From Meyerozyma guilliermondii (lineage: Eukaryota), in the NCBI GenBank assembly GCA_051546255.1, contig CP128821.1, positions 496,001-560,000 of the forward strand: 64,000 bases of DNA. Reading direction: 5' to 3'. This document shows positions 21,001 to 31,436 of the stretch, piece by piece. Numbering within the stretch: position 1 is the stretch's first letter; every line of letters starts with the position of its first letter. The notes under the pieces are model-generated. The model was not told the DNA's origin. It saw only the letters and a program-made list of their open reading frames with translations, and ran no database searches. The translations under genes and the position numbers were made by a program.

Positions 21001-22890
21001 GTCCGCTTGGTATTCCTCGCCTGCGTTGGTTTGGCTTGACTCTATGGCTTCCTGAATTGCAGCTGCCATTTCGTCGTCAGCATCTTCATCCACCAGACCG
21101 ACGTTTTGGCTGTGTGAGCTCAGCAGTCCAGAAACCCGGGAAAGCTCCTCTTCCATAGCTGATACAACGTTCAACTTGATGTTGAAACGCTTTTCGGTTT
21201 CTTTAAGCTGGTCTAAAACCTCTTCTGGCTCATGTTCCAGAAGAGTACGGAAAATAAGTGGTGAGGGCGAGTTGCTCTCTTCCTCAGACTCAGACTCTAT
21301 AGCTGTATTTTCCTGGATCTCCTCGTTTTGAAGCAAAGTTTCCGACTCTAAGTTCATGGCGGTATTGGCTTGTTCGTCAAGATGGGCATTTGTCTCAGAC
21401 TCATGGGTTTCTTCTTTATGTTCGTCAGGATTGGTGTTGATCGACTCCGGCTCAAAGGTGTCATTCTTGTGTACATTATTGGCGTTAGTCATGAATGAAG
21501 CAATGGACTCCAATACCGACTTTTCCAAGGGAGCGTTATCCATTTGCTCTGATACTTCGTGGTCGTTCTCTGATTCTTCTTCTTCTTCTTCTTCCTCGTC
21601 TCCATCAGATCCAGCATCGGACTCAACATCGGAACCAGCATCGGAATCATGCATGTTATCATCATCATTATTATCGTCATTTTCATTCTCCAGAGTGCTG
21701 CTAATCTCCTCCACCATTACCGATACCTCAGCATCGTCATGTTTGTGAGAATTAGCTTGAGAATTGGAAGGTAAGTCCTTGTGTGTGTAAACACTTCCAT
21801 AATCATGAATCTCAGCATCAACATCAGCATCAGCTTCAATTTCAGCATGATTATACTCAGAAGTAAAGTAATTATTCAAATCGTGATTTGTGTGTGCCGC
21901 TGGCGCTTCACACCTTTCTGGCTCGTGAGGATTATGAAGGAAATCAACCTCCATAGCATTTGCATGGTAAGAATGAAAAGATGGGTTTTGTTCTTCATCT
22001 TGGAAATCTTCATTTTCTTGGTGGTTTTCAGGCTCACCGTAAGTATCAGCAGAATGTTGGACTTCAACCATTTCATCGGAATCGTTTTCTCTGTCAGAAA
22101 CGGAAACTTCTTCATTACTCTCGTCTTCCACTTCACTTTCGATAACTTCATTTTCACTTTCGATTTCACTCTCGTACTCATGTTCCTCCGGCTCTTTAGT
22201 GTAGGACGAGAAAGGCCCACTCATGTACTTTCGATCGTCCATTAGTCGTGGTTTGGAGTAGGAGGGCTGTGGGTTCATTTCGTCAAAAAGCAAATCTTCT
22301 TCATTTTCCTGTTCAGTTTCTTGTTCAGTTTCTTGTTCGATTTCTTGTTCCATTTCTTGTTCAATTTCTTGCTGATCTCCTTCCTCTTCGCTTTCTATAA
22401 TCTCAATGATATCAGAGTCGTCAGAAACTACATTTTCTTCAATATCAGATTTGTCCTCTGAAACATTCCGATACCCCTGATACTCCCCTCCAACTTTCGA
22501 ATTACTCTCGTCAATCTCGTCAATGTTCATCTTATTTGCTTCTGTGGTCGATTCCGCATCAGAATCGAGTCGATTATTCTGAACAATATTACCAAGTTTT
22601 TGAAACGATTGCTCAAACACAGCATACCTATACTTATCTTTGGCCTTCTCGCGTTCATGTTCCACATTGAATTGCTCCAACTCGTTGTTTTGGTGCCGAA
22701 GTGTATCTTTTACTCTGGACTCAAGACTGTCAATCCACGAAACTAACTCATCAGGATTTGATTTTTTCACCAAAGGCAAGGTTATTTCCGCTTGAGAAGC
22801 ATTGGGTGTAGACTGCTCCTGTTTTGAAATCGAATCCTCATTGAAAATTAGCCGTTTTGTGTTGAATGGTGATGGAAACATGGGAGCCAT
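18079..22890 (-). CDS. Very large Glu/Asp-rich, probably disordered hypothetical protein (1603 aa)
   Basis: Uninterrupted 4.8-kb ORF. Short N-terminal coiled-coil-like segment, acidic EVEN/EQE repeats, and a basic C-terminus with KR clusters and an SPLK site. Confidence 0.8.
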   Translation of the reverse strand: MAPMFPSPFNTKRLIFNEDSISKQEQSTPNASQAEITLPLVKKSNPDELVSWIDSLESRVKDTLRHQNNELEQFNVEHEREKAKDKYRYAVFEQSFQKLGNIVQNNRLDSDAESTTEANKMNIDEIDESNSKVGGEYQGYRNVSEDKSDIEENVVSDDSDIIEIIESEEEGDQQEIEQEMEQEIEQETEQETEQENEEDLLFDEMNPQPSYSKPRLMDDRKYMSGPFSSYTKEPEEHEYESEIESENEVIESEVEDESNEEVSVSDRENDSDEMVEVQHSADTYGEPENHQENEDFQDEEQNPSFHSYHANAMEVDFLHNPHEPERCEAPAAHTNHDLNNYFTSEYNHAEIEADADVDAEIHDYGSVYTHKDLPSNSQANSHKHDDAEVSVMVEEISSTLENENDDNNDDDNMHDSDAGSDVESDAGSDGDEEEEEEEESENDHEVSEQMDNAPLEKSVLESIASFMTNANNVHKNDTFEPESINTNPDEHKEETHESETNAHLDEQANTAMNLESETLLQNEEIQENTAIESESEEESNSPSPLIFRTLLEHEPEEVLDQLKETEKRFNIKLNVVSAMEEELSRVSGLLSSHSQNVGLVDEDADDEMAAAIQEAIESSQTNAGEEYQADSELEAIQNNEIQAVLDSVEHQIGREERKEAEETAGEVVEHVSEVPPPHIEKPILEAVPPGPEETYIDATTEIDAEVDDTEKTSLPNVDEKSEHEMTDILGSESENNERVSILKGPSIDGNELENKTTRDLESPSKNNDTSTLPEDTISLHDNALGEDSSRNSQSQGIEKRSFSEDTQPVDDAISKIESSSILQSPSEHRETSAGEFNSMNEASRSQSEDTDDKPTIQFQLVSEDESNTLQSQTENEDTLTERVEHLETENTNTFEAQPDQIEVTDEIRLDEEENSASIIPQSAELDVEMEEVNNDSPSENVDSETKMEEEAVQKEAEDMAEELVGEVLSNEQQFSHESSAIDENVQMENGTITHETEPTSPVPTEGHEEQLESNDLSIERNEVDNDVESKVEFEVENYVEIEVENEPEVENHEQSEENEEVNGSEIEEEIEHELVVESKLEYQVENDVEDIVQTEHENETELAVKNDVESEIKNEENEVNDTQNEAESKVDYEVESDVDNNVKSNVENEVENTDEVENEIDELETEAGEKSDPGKIVPESSASVTVQGIVAGDEGLKYVEIEETVTEVQEVLYPSAVLEPFEEEPAKENVTLDRLEAEEYFSNDDDEEKVAVALPSVIIEEGEEVLVRENSEQSDENSFTQEEEIKDEALASSDEKDNHGKSLEGEAKDEINQSSTDQLETEPEHTSGRKRHFEEVEEEEDKHLAGSTFKRFRTFVSSFFGKKREPSSNQAEDISVPRISPPTLSPVESETEVEEDSEGSELPINTEDETEDRDAFVESEENDERSSSNSDAGANNEVNDSEAETEVSDEENLKERKNRFDVQEDLESVPTVEAIQTLKKRHPRMLQGLDISEEMLQPSHSLRNGHTYGKPGSLQSTPEEPKLRIPKRGMRRQNVPKLIDTSIRPDEDYPAFRTRSKSPLKRSLQEIISTEEDVIAPRRRSRRVAQQKMKAPDNENDGMDDGK

Positions 22891-24502
22891 CTCTGAGCAT
22901 ATCTCGTCAAAATGATGGATGGGGAAGGGTTATGTAAGCAGACAAAACAACGGCTGCGAAAAGCAAACAAAGAAGAAGGAAACAGATGGGGAAAAGGAGG
23001 AAATAAGAAGGAAGGAAGGCTAGTAGAAAGGCAACAGTTGGGAAATGAAATGTGTGACTGATATTCTGATTGGAAATAATATTCTTTAGACTTTTGTATA
23101 GGTGTAGTTGGACAGTACACCACATTGAGTAATCATTTACCAATGATTATGGAGACATTATTCAAGATGCGAATTCAGATCAACATATTGTATTAAAAAT
23201 ACCTCATATTATTGGGAATAAATGAAGTATTCGTAAATTAATATGACATGATTGATGATTTTCGCGAACCCGCACGGAAGCTTATCGAGTTGACACAATG
23301 GAATTGATTAAAGCTGCATTGACTAACAGAACTAACCTCACGACTAAATTCCACGATTCAAAACCACTACAACCACTATACTTATTACCCACTATAATTA
23401 CTACAACCAAGACTACCATAGACTGTATAATTGTTCCAGCTGTCACTATTTCTCCAGTTACACCACAACTAATACAAACACAATCCTTCCAATAAAATTC
23501 CAAACCTTTTCTTGATTTTGGTACCCATTATCAGCCGATCGCACCGCCAATCACCCATCGTATTGCCGATCTCCCCGTGCAGGTGTACGAGCCCGTCGCA
23601 GGTACATCTATTGTTGGTAATCACGTGCGCGTGTTCTGGCCCGCGAAGAATATCCCCAGCACAAGTCCCAGGGCACACAATCGGAAATTATAGGCATGAA
23701 TAAGCGCCTGGGTCAACCATTGACGCAAAACGTTCTACTACCTCGGATATATGGCGGTTTTGGGTGAGGCTGGAGTTTTCTGGATTTGGCCGAGGTGTTT
23801 ACATCGGTTTTAATAGCCTTGCAGAAGTGGGCCGCGGCTGCCCGAATGGGGAATTTCGCCCGCATGAATCACTGCATGCACCACATTGTTCTCATTCTCG
23901 GTGCATGGAAGTGGGTGCAAATCCGAGGTGAAGCCAAAGAAAAGAAGCACTCAGGAAGAATTGATACAATAGCAATTTGCAAAGTTACCCATTGACCACA
24001 AAACAAAAGTTTACTTGGCATGTACCTGCTCCCAAAAACAATGATCAGGGTTTCTTCAGTACCTGCGAGCGGCTGCGGGCCTAGGCAAAAAAATCTTCTG
24101 CGCGCATTAGCTTGCATATGACTCCCAATTTGGCACATTAATTACCACTGCGACAACCTCAGCAAAATGAAATCACGCCGTAATTAAGGAGGTGAGATCA
24201 TTCAACGTAGTCCTTTGTGTAGTTGAACGGAATAATTTTTTAGGTTTAATTCTCACCCCACCTTGATCGGCAATCATGCGGTTGTTATTTTAAAGTTTAA
24301 ATTGAGAAATTTCAGGTTTCCAAGCCTTGATGGAACGTTTTGGTAAACCTTATTGGTCAAATTGTTTGTGACGTTTTTGATATAATTTTGGTATTATTCG
24401 TATAGTTTTTTGGTCACCATTTTTTTGGGTGATGGTCATTCATGTCACAATATTATACATCACTCCAGTGTCTTTGTCATTCAATTCTGAGAGACTATTC
24501 TC

Positions 24503-24691
24503 CCTGCTAGAACTTTTGGTCCTTGTGTGGCTGCTAGATCGTTCCCCAACTACCACTGGATCTACTGGGTTGGCCCAATTTTGGGTTCTGTCATTGCCTT
24601 TGGTATCTGGAAGGTTTTCACCATTTTGGACTACCACACCTGTAACCCTGGCCAAGACGACGATGGTCTTGACCGTTTCCACCAAGATTAA
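24503..24691 (+). pseudogene. AQY1: Aquaporin AQY1 relic: only the 3' ~62 codons remain
   Basis: Translates [62 protein letters not shown], the typical yeast Aqy1 C-terminus starting within the second NPA. The codon before P is CTC (not Asn), there is an in-frame TGA at 24488-24490, and there is no ATG or first NPA upstream. Confidence 0.88.
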
Positions 24692-25077
24692 ACGTCGATT
24701 AAACGTGTTGCTAATAACCTAATATTTAATTTCCGCTGACACAGCAACGCATCGCTTTAATTGTCAATCGATGAATCATCAAAAAATGTAGAAAAGAAGT
24801 CCTATAAGACTTTAGTTTGCTGGTCAGATCTCATCAAACTTCACTGAACCTTCATTGATATCTCATTTTTTTCTAGTCTTTCATTGATATCCATTTTTTC
24901 GAGTCTTTCTCATTTTTCATTGATTCTCATGGATTCTTGAATTATATAATTACCCATTGAATGGTTATTAATCTCATCTTATCAATGAGAATCTCTTACC
25001 AAAACACTTACTCATCTTTTGTTTACAAACTGCTCTTACTTATCTGAATTAACTATTAAATTCTAGTGTAGATTTTA

Positions 25078-25140
25078 TTTCAGATTTCATCGACTTTCAT
25101 CAACTTTCATCGACTTTCAGATTTCATCGATTTTCATCTA
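25078..25140. repeat. Short 10-bp tandem repeat (TTCATCGACT-like)
   Basis: ttcatcgact ttcatcaact ttcatcgact ... ttcatcgatt ttcatcta, immediately past the RPC82 stop. Confidence 0.7.
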
Positions 25141-25143
25141 TTT

Positions 25144-26910
25144 TCATGCGCTAAACACCTGTCGCAACGCTTTTAGCCGGCTAAACCGGGCAATGCTAAC
25201 CATCTCTCTTTCTTGGAGCGTCTTTAACGTTTTCAACTCACTAGCCAATAATAATGACTCCTCGTTACCTTTGACATCTTCTCGCTCACATTTGGCCAAA
25301 AGTATGCGATGCTCATCTTTGAAATCGACAATTCCCTGAAGTAGTTCTGCCATACCAAAGGTCAAACTATTGATGAGGAAGTTGTAGGCTGTTTGCTCCT
25401 TGTGTCTGAACAAGAAAAATGTTTTGGATGCTGCTCGATCAGCACTTCGAGGCACCTCTTGAATCTCAACAATGTTCAAATTGACCATGTTGAAAATTTC
25501 ATTTCTAAGTGTCTTCTCCTTGAGTAGAACCGCATTTGCCAATGCTTTTTCATCCGCCAATTTGAGTGATTTCAAGGCTCGAAGCACTCGGAAAGCATTG
25601 GGACCAAGAGTGATTTTTATCAACAAGTCGTAATGGTGTTTTTTGAGTTCGTCCACGAGAGCAGAGTATGGAATGGTAAAGTTAGATGGGGAAGTTTCGT
25701 GCAAAAAAGAGATATTAGTGCCGGAGCACAATGCTTTGAGATGATGAAGAATGAGCGAAGATGACTGAGAGTCGTTTTTTTCCAAGTTTTCCACAAAGAC
25801 ATCGAGAGACTCACCGTCTTCTAATTTGACTTTTTTGGATGCAGCGCCATTTGCTCCGTCCAGGGCTCGTTTGGTTGGTTTCAAGAAGTTATGCGTGAGA
25901 ATGGAGCAGCTCAAATCCAAGTCTTCGGGCAAAGCTCGGGCAACATCCCGTACTCCAAACGTGATTTTTCTGTCATCGACGAGCTTGTTCTCGATGGAAT
26001 TTTTGTAAGATTTGACCTCTTCTGGGTCAGCACACCACCCTGAAATGGACAAAAATTGTGGGTTCAAGTCTGGGGAATTGGCTTCCACCAACTTGAGGGC
26101 AGTCTCGTAAACTTTAGCAGTCAAGGTGCCAACTTTGTATTTGGCGAGATGGAAAAGTGCTTCGCTCCTCAAATGTTTTTCGAAGCGGGCCAAATTAAAT
26201 GATATGGTGATGTTGGGATTGAGTTTTTTGATGCCGTCTTTTACTGTGAAAACCACATTGGGGTCGTCAGCACTTTGAAAAAGATCAATGATTTTGCGTT
26301 TTGTCTGCTCCTTTGCTTCGGTTACACGCTTGATTTCGCTGGTAGTGTTGGTCCGAGGAATTGACCGGATCGTCTCTTCGTACTTGGCTTCCCAAATGTC
26401 AGCTAAAGGATTGAAATTAAACGGCTGCAATCTTCGCAACCATTTATCGGAGTACAATCGCATCAAGATAATTTCTCTATCGTGTCTCTTTTGGTCTTCA
26501 AAATTAGTCAAGTAGTCAGCCACCTTTATATGGCCTATTTCCAAGATATTTTGTATAATTTCCGCTTCTTCTTCGCCGTACTCACACCGAATCCAATTAA
26601 TGATCTCTCCAGACTGTAACAAGATCCATATTCCTTCTTCATTGAACGAGTAAAGAACCCTTCCCGATCCTTCCTCGCGCCAGTATTGCACACACCGAAG
26701 CTGGATAAGCGAAACCAACGTTGTTTTGACCGTTTTGACCGGAATTCCTGCTTTTGAAGACAACTGTTTCACTGTCATTCTGCCACTGGAAATGAGAATG
26801 GAGATACATACGGCAGCAACACTTCCCAAGTGCATTCGTGCCACCGTCGTGTAGAGGTAGGACTGCGGAGACTGCACTCGGGCCGTCCTGAGTGCCTCCA
26901 AATACGTCAT
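25144..26910 (-). CDS. RPC82: RNA polymerase III subunit C82 (RPC3)
   Basis: 'YLY...R.HLG..AA.....L...GR', '[10 protein letters not shown]', and '[20 protein letters not shown]'. Start at ATG 26910. Confidence 0.93.
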   Translation of the reverse strand: MTYLEALRTARVQSPQSYLYTTVARMHLGSVAAVCISILISSGRMTVKQLSSKAGIPVKTVKTTLVSLIQLRCVQYWREEGSGRVLYSFNEEGIWILLQSGEIINWIRCEYGEEEAEIIQNILEIGHIKVADYLTNFEDQKRHDREIILMRLYSDKWLRRLQPFNFNPLADIWEAKYEETIRSIPRTNTTSEIKRVTEAKEQTKRKIIDLFQSADDPNVVFTVKDGIKKLNPNITISFNLARFEKHLRSEALFHLAKYKVGTLTAKVYETALKLVEANSPDLNPQFLSISGWCADPEEVKSYKNSIENKLVDDRKITFGVRDVARALPEDLDLSCSILTHNFLKPTKRALDGANGAASKKVKLEDGESLDVFVENLEKNDSQSSSLILHHLKALCSGTNISFLHETSPSNFTIPYSALVDELKKHHYDLLIKITLGPNAFRVLRALKSLKLADEKALANAVLLKEKTLRNEIFNMVNLNIVEIQEVPRSADRAASKTFFLFRHKEQTAYNFLINSLTFGMAELLQGIVDFKDEHRILLAKCEREDVKGNEESLLLASELKTLKTLQEREMVSIARFSRLKALRQVFSA

Positions 26911-27016
26911 AAAACAGCAAGTAGTCAATGCTCATCGAAATCAACTCGAAAAATTACGGTGGGTGCACGGGTGCAAAATCAAGGTCAATTTCTGAGTGGT
27001 TTGTGGTGCGACGGTC
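26911..27016. promoter_or_regulatory. 106-bp bidirectional promoter RPC82/SKI3 with PAC-like (GCTCATCG, 26930), RRPE-like (GAAAAATT, 26948) and two GGGTGCA motifs
   Basis: Motifs read directly between the two divergent ATGs. Confidence 0.6.
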
Positions 27017-30000
27017 ATGTCGTTAAAACAGAGTTTGAAAGGTGCCAAGGGCGCGATAGAACGCAATGATCCGCAGGTGGCCCTAGAGTTTGTGGAGGAT
27101 GCACTTTACTATGAAAAAAATAACTACTTTGCATATATATTTCGTGGTAAAGCTTTCCAGCTTTTGGACACTCCAGAAAAGGCCATCGAAGCATTCAAAA
27201 AAGCCACCACTTTGGAGCCGGAGAACGTTTTGGGGTGGAAAGGATACTTCCAATCTGTGTGCTCGCGAGATAACTACGAAGACTTTTTTCAAATTTTCAC
27301 AAAACTCGTTAAACTTCAACACGACCAGAGCTTAAATTTTGCAGATACCATTAAAGATGCTCACAACTACCTAAATCGCCACAGATACAAGCAGAATGAA
27401 CCGTTGTACGTGCTATACTTGAAAAATGTGCTTCCAGGAACGACATTGGGAGAGTTGGCTCCGGGTTCCTTTGGTGATGCCGATTCCAATTTCTGCAAAC
27501 TTATAGATATTTTGTCTCGATCAGAGGCAGAAACCATTGACCGCATGATACAGAAGGAGAAACTCAAGCTTCCACGTGTGTTGACCCAGGAAAACAGATC
27601 GTACCTTGACTCAATTGCATGGTCTGTTTGTAAAGATTCCGAATTGGGACCCTTATTCGACAAGTTTATGAATTATTGTCGAGACGACGACTTAAGGCTG
27701 CGGTACGAGGAATTGCGATTGAAGCACAAGTATAGCGTTCTAAGAGTTGCGCCTCAAAAGGATGCTCTATTTGCGGAAATCAAACAGGCTATAGACGATA
27801 TGGTTCTTGTGAAAACCCAAAGTCTTTTTTGCTGGAAACTCTATTTCGATTGGTCGGATGTGCCTGTTTTGGCCGATTTGGACAAGGCAAACCTCTCATA
27901 CTTTCTCCAGCATTTCCTGACTGATGGTCTTGCTAAGGTGCTCTATGCATATTTGATGAGCGACATATCTCCATGGGACGCCGAGAAGGAGTTTCCAGAA
28001 CTTTATAATGTGAAGTCTAAAACGAACGAAGACGTTGAGGACGACCAGGAAACCGACCACGACACTTCTCCTCTGAAATTACCTCCTTCGGAGATTCTTT
28101 CTCTCATGCTAAACGGGTATGTCAACTGCTCAGATTCTGTTCTCGCAAACCGTATCATTTGCAACTACTACATTCACATCCGTGAGTACCGAGAGGGCTC
28201 CAAACGTTGTCGGGAAGCTATAAAGTTACTAGCAGACACCCAGCGGACCGTAGGTGCCCAATTGGTTCATACCAGAGAAGATATTCTCTGTTCGCTAGCC
28301 ACCATCTACACATATTACGAGGCACCCAAGAACTACAGCAGAGCCCTCCAGCTCTATGACAAAATCTTGGAGACCAGTCCACAGCATGTCAAATCGTTCA
28401 TTGGAAAAGGATTGATTTTGCTCGAGAAAGGAGAGCTTTCTGAAGCATTGAGTCTTCTTGAAAATGTGAAGAATACTAATCCCGATAATATCGATGCGTC
28501 GGTGGAATACTACTGGTGCTTGATCAAATTAGGCCGCTTTCAAGAAGGAAGAGCGGGTTTGGAAGTTGCTATCTCAAAAGTTAGTGGACAAGATGTTCTT
28601 AGTGGTGAGACACGAGCTGTGATTCATTGGAGAATAGCCAAGAGTTTGATTGATGAGCAGCCACAGGATGGCTCTCGCATTGAAAGTGCACATCAGCATC
28701 TCTTGACTTCTCTCAAAGACGCCAAAAGCTATGCTCCCACTTATACTCTTCTTGGATACTTGTATGAGGAGCATTTTGATGATCATGTTCGAGCCCAGAA
28801 ATGTTTCTACAAGGCTTTCGAACTTGATGTAGCCGAGATTACATCTGCTAAATATTTGGTTACAGATCTCACCGACAAAAACCAGTGGAGTCTTGCCGAG
28901 ATCTTGTGCAAACGGATAATCGACACAGAGCGGTCGAGGAGAATGCTTCTTAGTAACTCATACGAAGACCCAGATAAATCCTGGCCATACAGAGTATTAG
29001 GATGTTCAGCCTTGAATGACCAGGAAGATGCAAATGCCATTGAATGGTTCCAAACTGCTCTTAGAATGACAGCCATGGATATCGAGTGTTGGATAGGTTT
29101 GGGAGAAGCGTACTACAATTGTGGACGATTTGACGCTGCTGCCAAAGTATTTCGTCGTGCTCTAGAAATGGACGAATCTAGATGGGTGGTCCATTATATG
29201 CTAGGGTTGGTGATCTGTGGAATGGGTGAGTTTGTCGAAGGATTGGAAAGGTTGAATCGAGCAGAAGAGCTCAGCGAAAACGAAGAATGCGTCCTCAATG
29301 CTATCTATGAATTTGAGATAGAATATGCTCAAAAGTTAATCGGCGGAGGGTTTTTTGGACAGTCGATCGAGGCTACCCTTAGAGGATTGAAAACCATCAA
29401 GAAGGCAGTTGCACTCAACCCCAAATCGTCTAAATTATGGAAAGCTATGGGCGATGCATTTCGTTCTTTTTTGGTGGTTCAAGAACGAACAGACCAGTTT
29501 CCATTCGATAAAGTGTATCTGATTTTTGAGGAGCACAAAGCTCTAATTTGCGGGACGCCAGAAACTCATAATTGTGGTGAGTACTTGAGCCTGGCAATGA
29601 CTCTGTATGAAGATAACGAGATCGTTTCTGCTATATCCTATCTTCTCATTGCTTCTGCTTGTGGAGGACTTGCTATTCTTCCCAAAAGCTCCGCTAGAGC
29701 GTTGCGTTCTGTCGCTTATTTCAATCTTGGAGTAGCTTTTTTGGAGGCTAATACTTTCATTTCCAATAACGAGTGCTTGAAGAATGCCACTCAGGTTCTC
29801 AAAAAAGCAGTCAAGCTCGAATCGCATAATGCAACCTACTGGGTTGCACTAGGAAATGCTTATTCAGACTCCAATCCTCAGCTAGCTCAGCATTGTTACA
29901 TCAAGGCTTCATCACTTGATAATCGAGATGCGGAAGTATGGATCAATTTGGCTGCGCTTTACTTGCGCCATGGAGACGCTGAGTTAGCACAAACGGCATT

Positions 30001-31156
30001 TGTCCGTGCTCAGTCCATGTCTCCACAACAATCCAAATCGTGGTTGGGAAATGCCTTGAGTGCTCAAATTTTGAACGATAATATGAAAGCGTCGTCGTTG
30101 TTCACACATGCCTACGTTGTCGCAAACGGAAGAATACCCTTGGCTCAACTCATGTATGGCTTGTCAGTGGTACAAAAGAGAGTCGTTGTAACTGGAAATA
30201 GTCCCCAGGATATTGAGGCAGCTCAAGAGATGAGTGTGGCTAATTTTGCAATGATGAAGTATCTCAAATTTTTGCCAAATGATATTTTGGGTCTTGAACT
30301 AGCATTGCTCATCAGTGAGCGGTGTCAGAACTTTGACTTTGGAGTTGAGGTTGGAACCAAGCTATGCCAGATTTACGAAAAGCTCTATGAAAGGAACGAG
30401 GATGAGACCAGTCTTGTTAAATATGCCGATACCACTGCGCACGTTGCTCGTTTGTATCTTGGCAAAGAAGACTACGAGCAAGCACTTGAACTGGCCAGAT
30501 TGGCTCTCGAACTTGGTGGTGCCGCTTCCACGATGAGCCCGGCCACAGAGCTTTCGTGCCATGTTGTAATTGGCCTTTGCTACTTTTTCCAAGACAAATT
30601 TTCCGAAGCGATAAATGAGCTTAAAATTGTTCTTGACAATAACGGAGAGTCCATGAGAATCACAACTTTGACAGCACAAGTTTTATACGCCTATGGATCC
30701 GAGGAAACCAAGCAAGCAGCTCTCGACCAGCTATTCGCATACATTGAACACCAGGGCTCGTCGTTGCTAGTAGTTCTTACACTCGGAGCTTTGGCAATTT
30801 CGGAGAATTATGCCGAATATCTCGAACCCATTAAAGAGGAGCTTGAAGCCCTCCCGCTTGAGGAAGTGGTGGCAGACTCGTTCCGGTCGATCCCACGGCT
30901 CCTCTCTGCCATCAATACTCGTCTAGGCTCCACCTCGGCGCAAATGGTGTGGAGGAAGGCTGCTATGCTTTTTCCACACGATTTCCATGTGTGGATGCGA
31001 CTCAATAGTTCAATGGCTCTCGCTATAGCTGGCTTGCGAGAAACCAAGATAACTGCTCATGAGCTCGCCAATGCCCACAAAAGCATGAACACCTTGCGGC
31101 ACATGCAAAGAGCCATTATACTAGACCCATCCAAGTTGGCCCTACTCCAGGTTTAA
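27017..31156 (+). CDS. SKI3: SKI complex TPR subunit Ski3
   Basis: ~1380-aa TPR-rich protein with N-terminal 'KQSLKGAKGAI...NYFAYIFRGKA...P.N.LGWKG', 'RAQKCFYKAFELD' and 'WFQTALR...D..CW.GLGEAY...GR'. Start at ATG 27017. Confidence 0.93.
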   Translation: MSLKQSLKGAKGAIERNDPQVALEFVEDALYYEKNNYFAYIFRGKAFQLLDTPEKAIEAFKKATTLEPENVLGWKGYFQSVCSRDNYEDFFQIFTKLVKLQHDQSLNFADTIKDAHNYLNRHRYKQNEPLYVLYLKNVLPGTTLGELAPGSFGDADSNFCKLIDILSRSEAETIDRMIQKEKLKLPRVLTQENRSYLDSIAWSVCKDSELGPLFDKFMNYCRDDDLRLRYEELRLKHKYSVLRVAPQKDALFAEIKQAIDDMVLVKTQSLFCWKLYFDWSDVPVLADLDKANLSYFLQHFLTDGLAKVLYAYLMSDISPWDAEKEFPELYNVKSKTNEDVEDDQETDHDTSPLKLPPSEILSLMLNGYVNCSDSVLANRIICNYYIHIREYREGSKRCREAIKLLADTQRTVGAQLVHTREDILCSLATIYTYYEAPKNYSRALQLYDKILETSPQHVKSFIGKGLILLEKGELSEALSLLENVKNTNPDNIDASVEYYWCLIKLGRFQEGRAGLEVAISKVSGQDVLSGETRAVIHWRIAKSLIDEQPQDGSRIESAHQHLLTSLKDAKSYAPTYTLLGYLYEEHFDDHVRAQKCFYKAFELDVAEITSAKYLVTDLTDKNQWSLAEILCKRIIDTERSRRMLLSNSYEDPDKSWPYRVLGCSALNDQEDANAIEWFQTALRMTAMDIECWIGLGEAYYNCGRFDAAAKVFRRALEMDESRWVVHYMLGLVICGMGEFVEGLERLNRAEELSENEECVLNAIYEFEIEYAQKLIGGGFFGQSIEATLRGLKTIKKAVALNPKSSKLWKAMGDAFRSFLVVQERTDQFPFDKVYLIFEEHKALICGTPETHNCGEYLSLAMTLYEDNEIVSAISYLLIASACGGLAILPKSSARALRSVAYFNLGVAFLEANTFISNNECLKNATQVLKKAVKLESHNATYWVALGNAYSDSNPQLAQHCYIKASSLDNRDAEVWINLAALYLRHGDAELAQTAFVRAQSMSPQQSKSWLGNALSAQILNDNMKASSLFTHAYVVANGRIPLAQLMYGLSVVQKRVVVTGNSPQDIEAAQEMSVANFAMMKYLKFLPNDILGLELALLISERCQNFDFGVEVGTKLCQIYEKLYERNEDETSLVKYADTTAHVARLYLGKEDYEQALELARLALELGGAASTMSPATELSCHVVIGLCYFFQDKFSEAINELKIVLDNNGESMRITTLTAQVLYAYGSEETKQAALDQLFAYIEHQGSSLLVVLTLGALAISENYAEYLEPIKEELEALPLEEVVADSFRSIPRLLSAINTRLGSTSAQMVWRKAAMLFPHDFHVWMRLNSSMALAIAGLRETKITAHELANAHKSMNTLRHMQRAIILDPSKLALLQV

Positions 31157-31436
31157 GTTGAGATGTCGCGACAGATATTGACCCAGGTATAACTTGATGA
31201 AACACCGTTTATGTAGAGGTTATATTCAATAGATTAACTTGGAGACTAGTGGGCTATTTTTTCGGTACCGCTTCAACCAGATCTTTCAGTTACTGTGGCT
31301 CTGAAACGTGGGTAATTGTATCATAGGCTGTCAAGCTTTTTAAATTAGAAAGTTTTCGATTCATCCACTGCGGGCGAGCCACGCGGCCTTTTTCATTGCG
31401 CTCCGAAATATCGCGCGCTGAAATACGCTTTAGCAA

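Noticed and set aside
24429..24722. 97-aa ORF in the ORF track
   Set aside because: Wrong frame; the aquaporin similarity lies in the frame starting at 24503.
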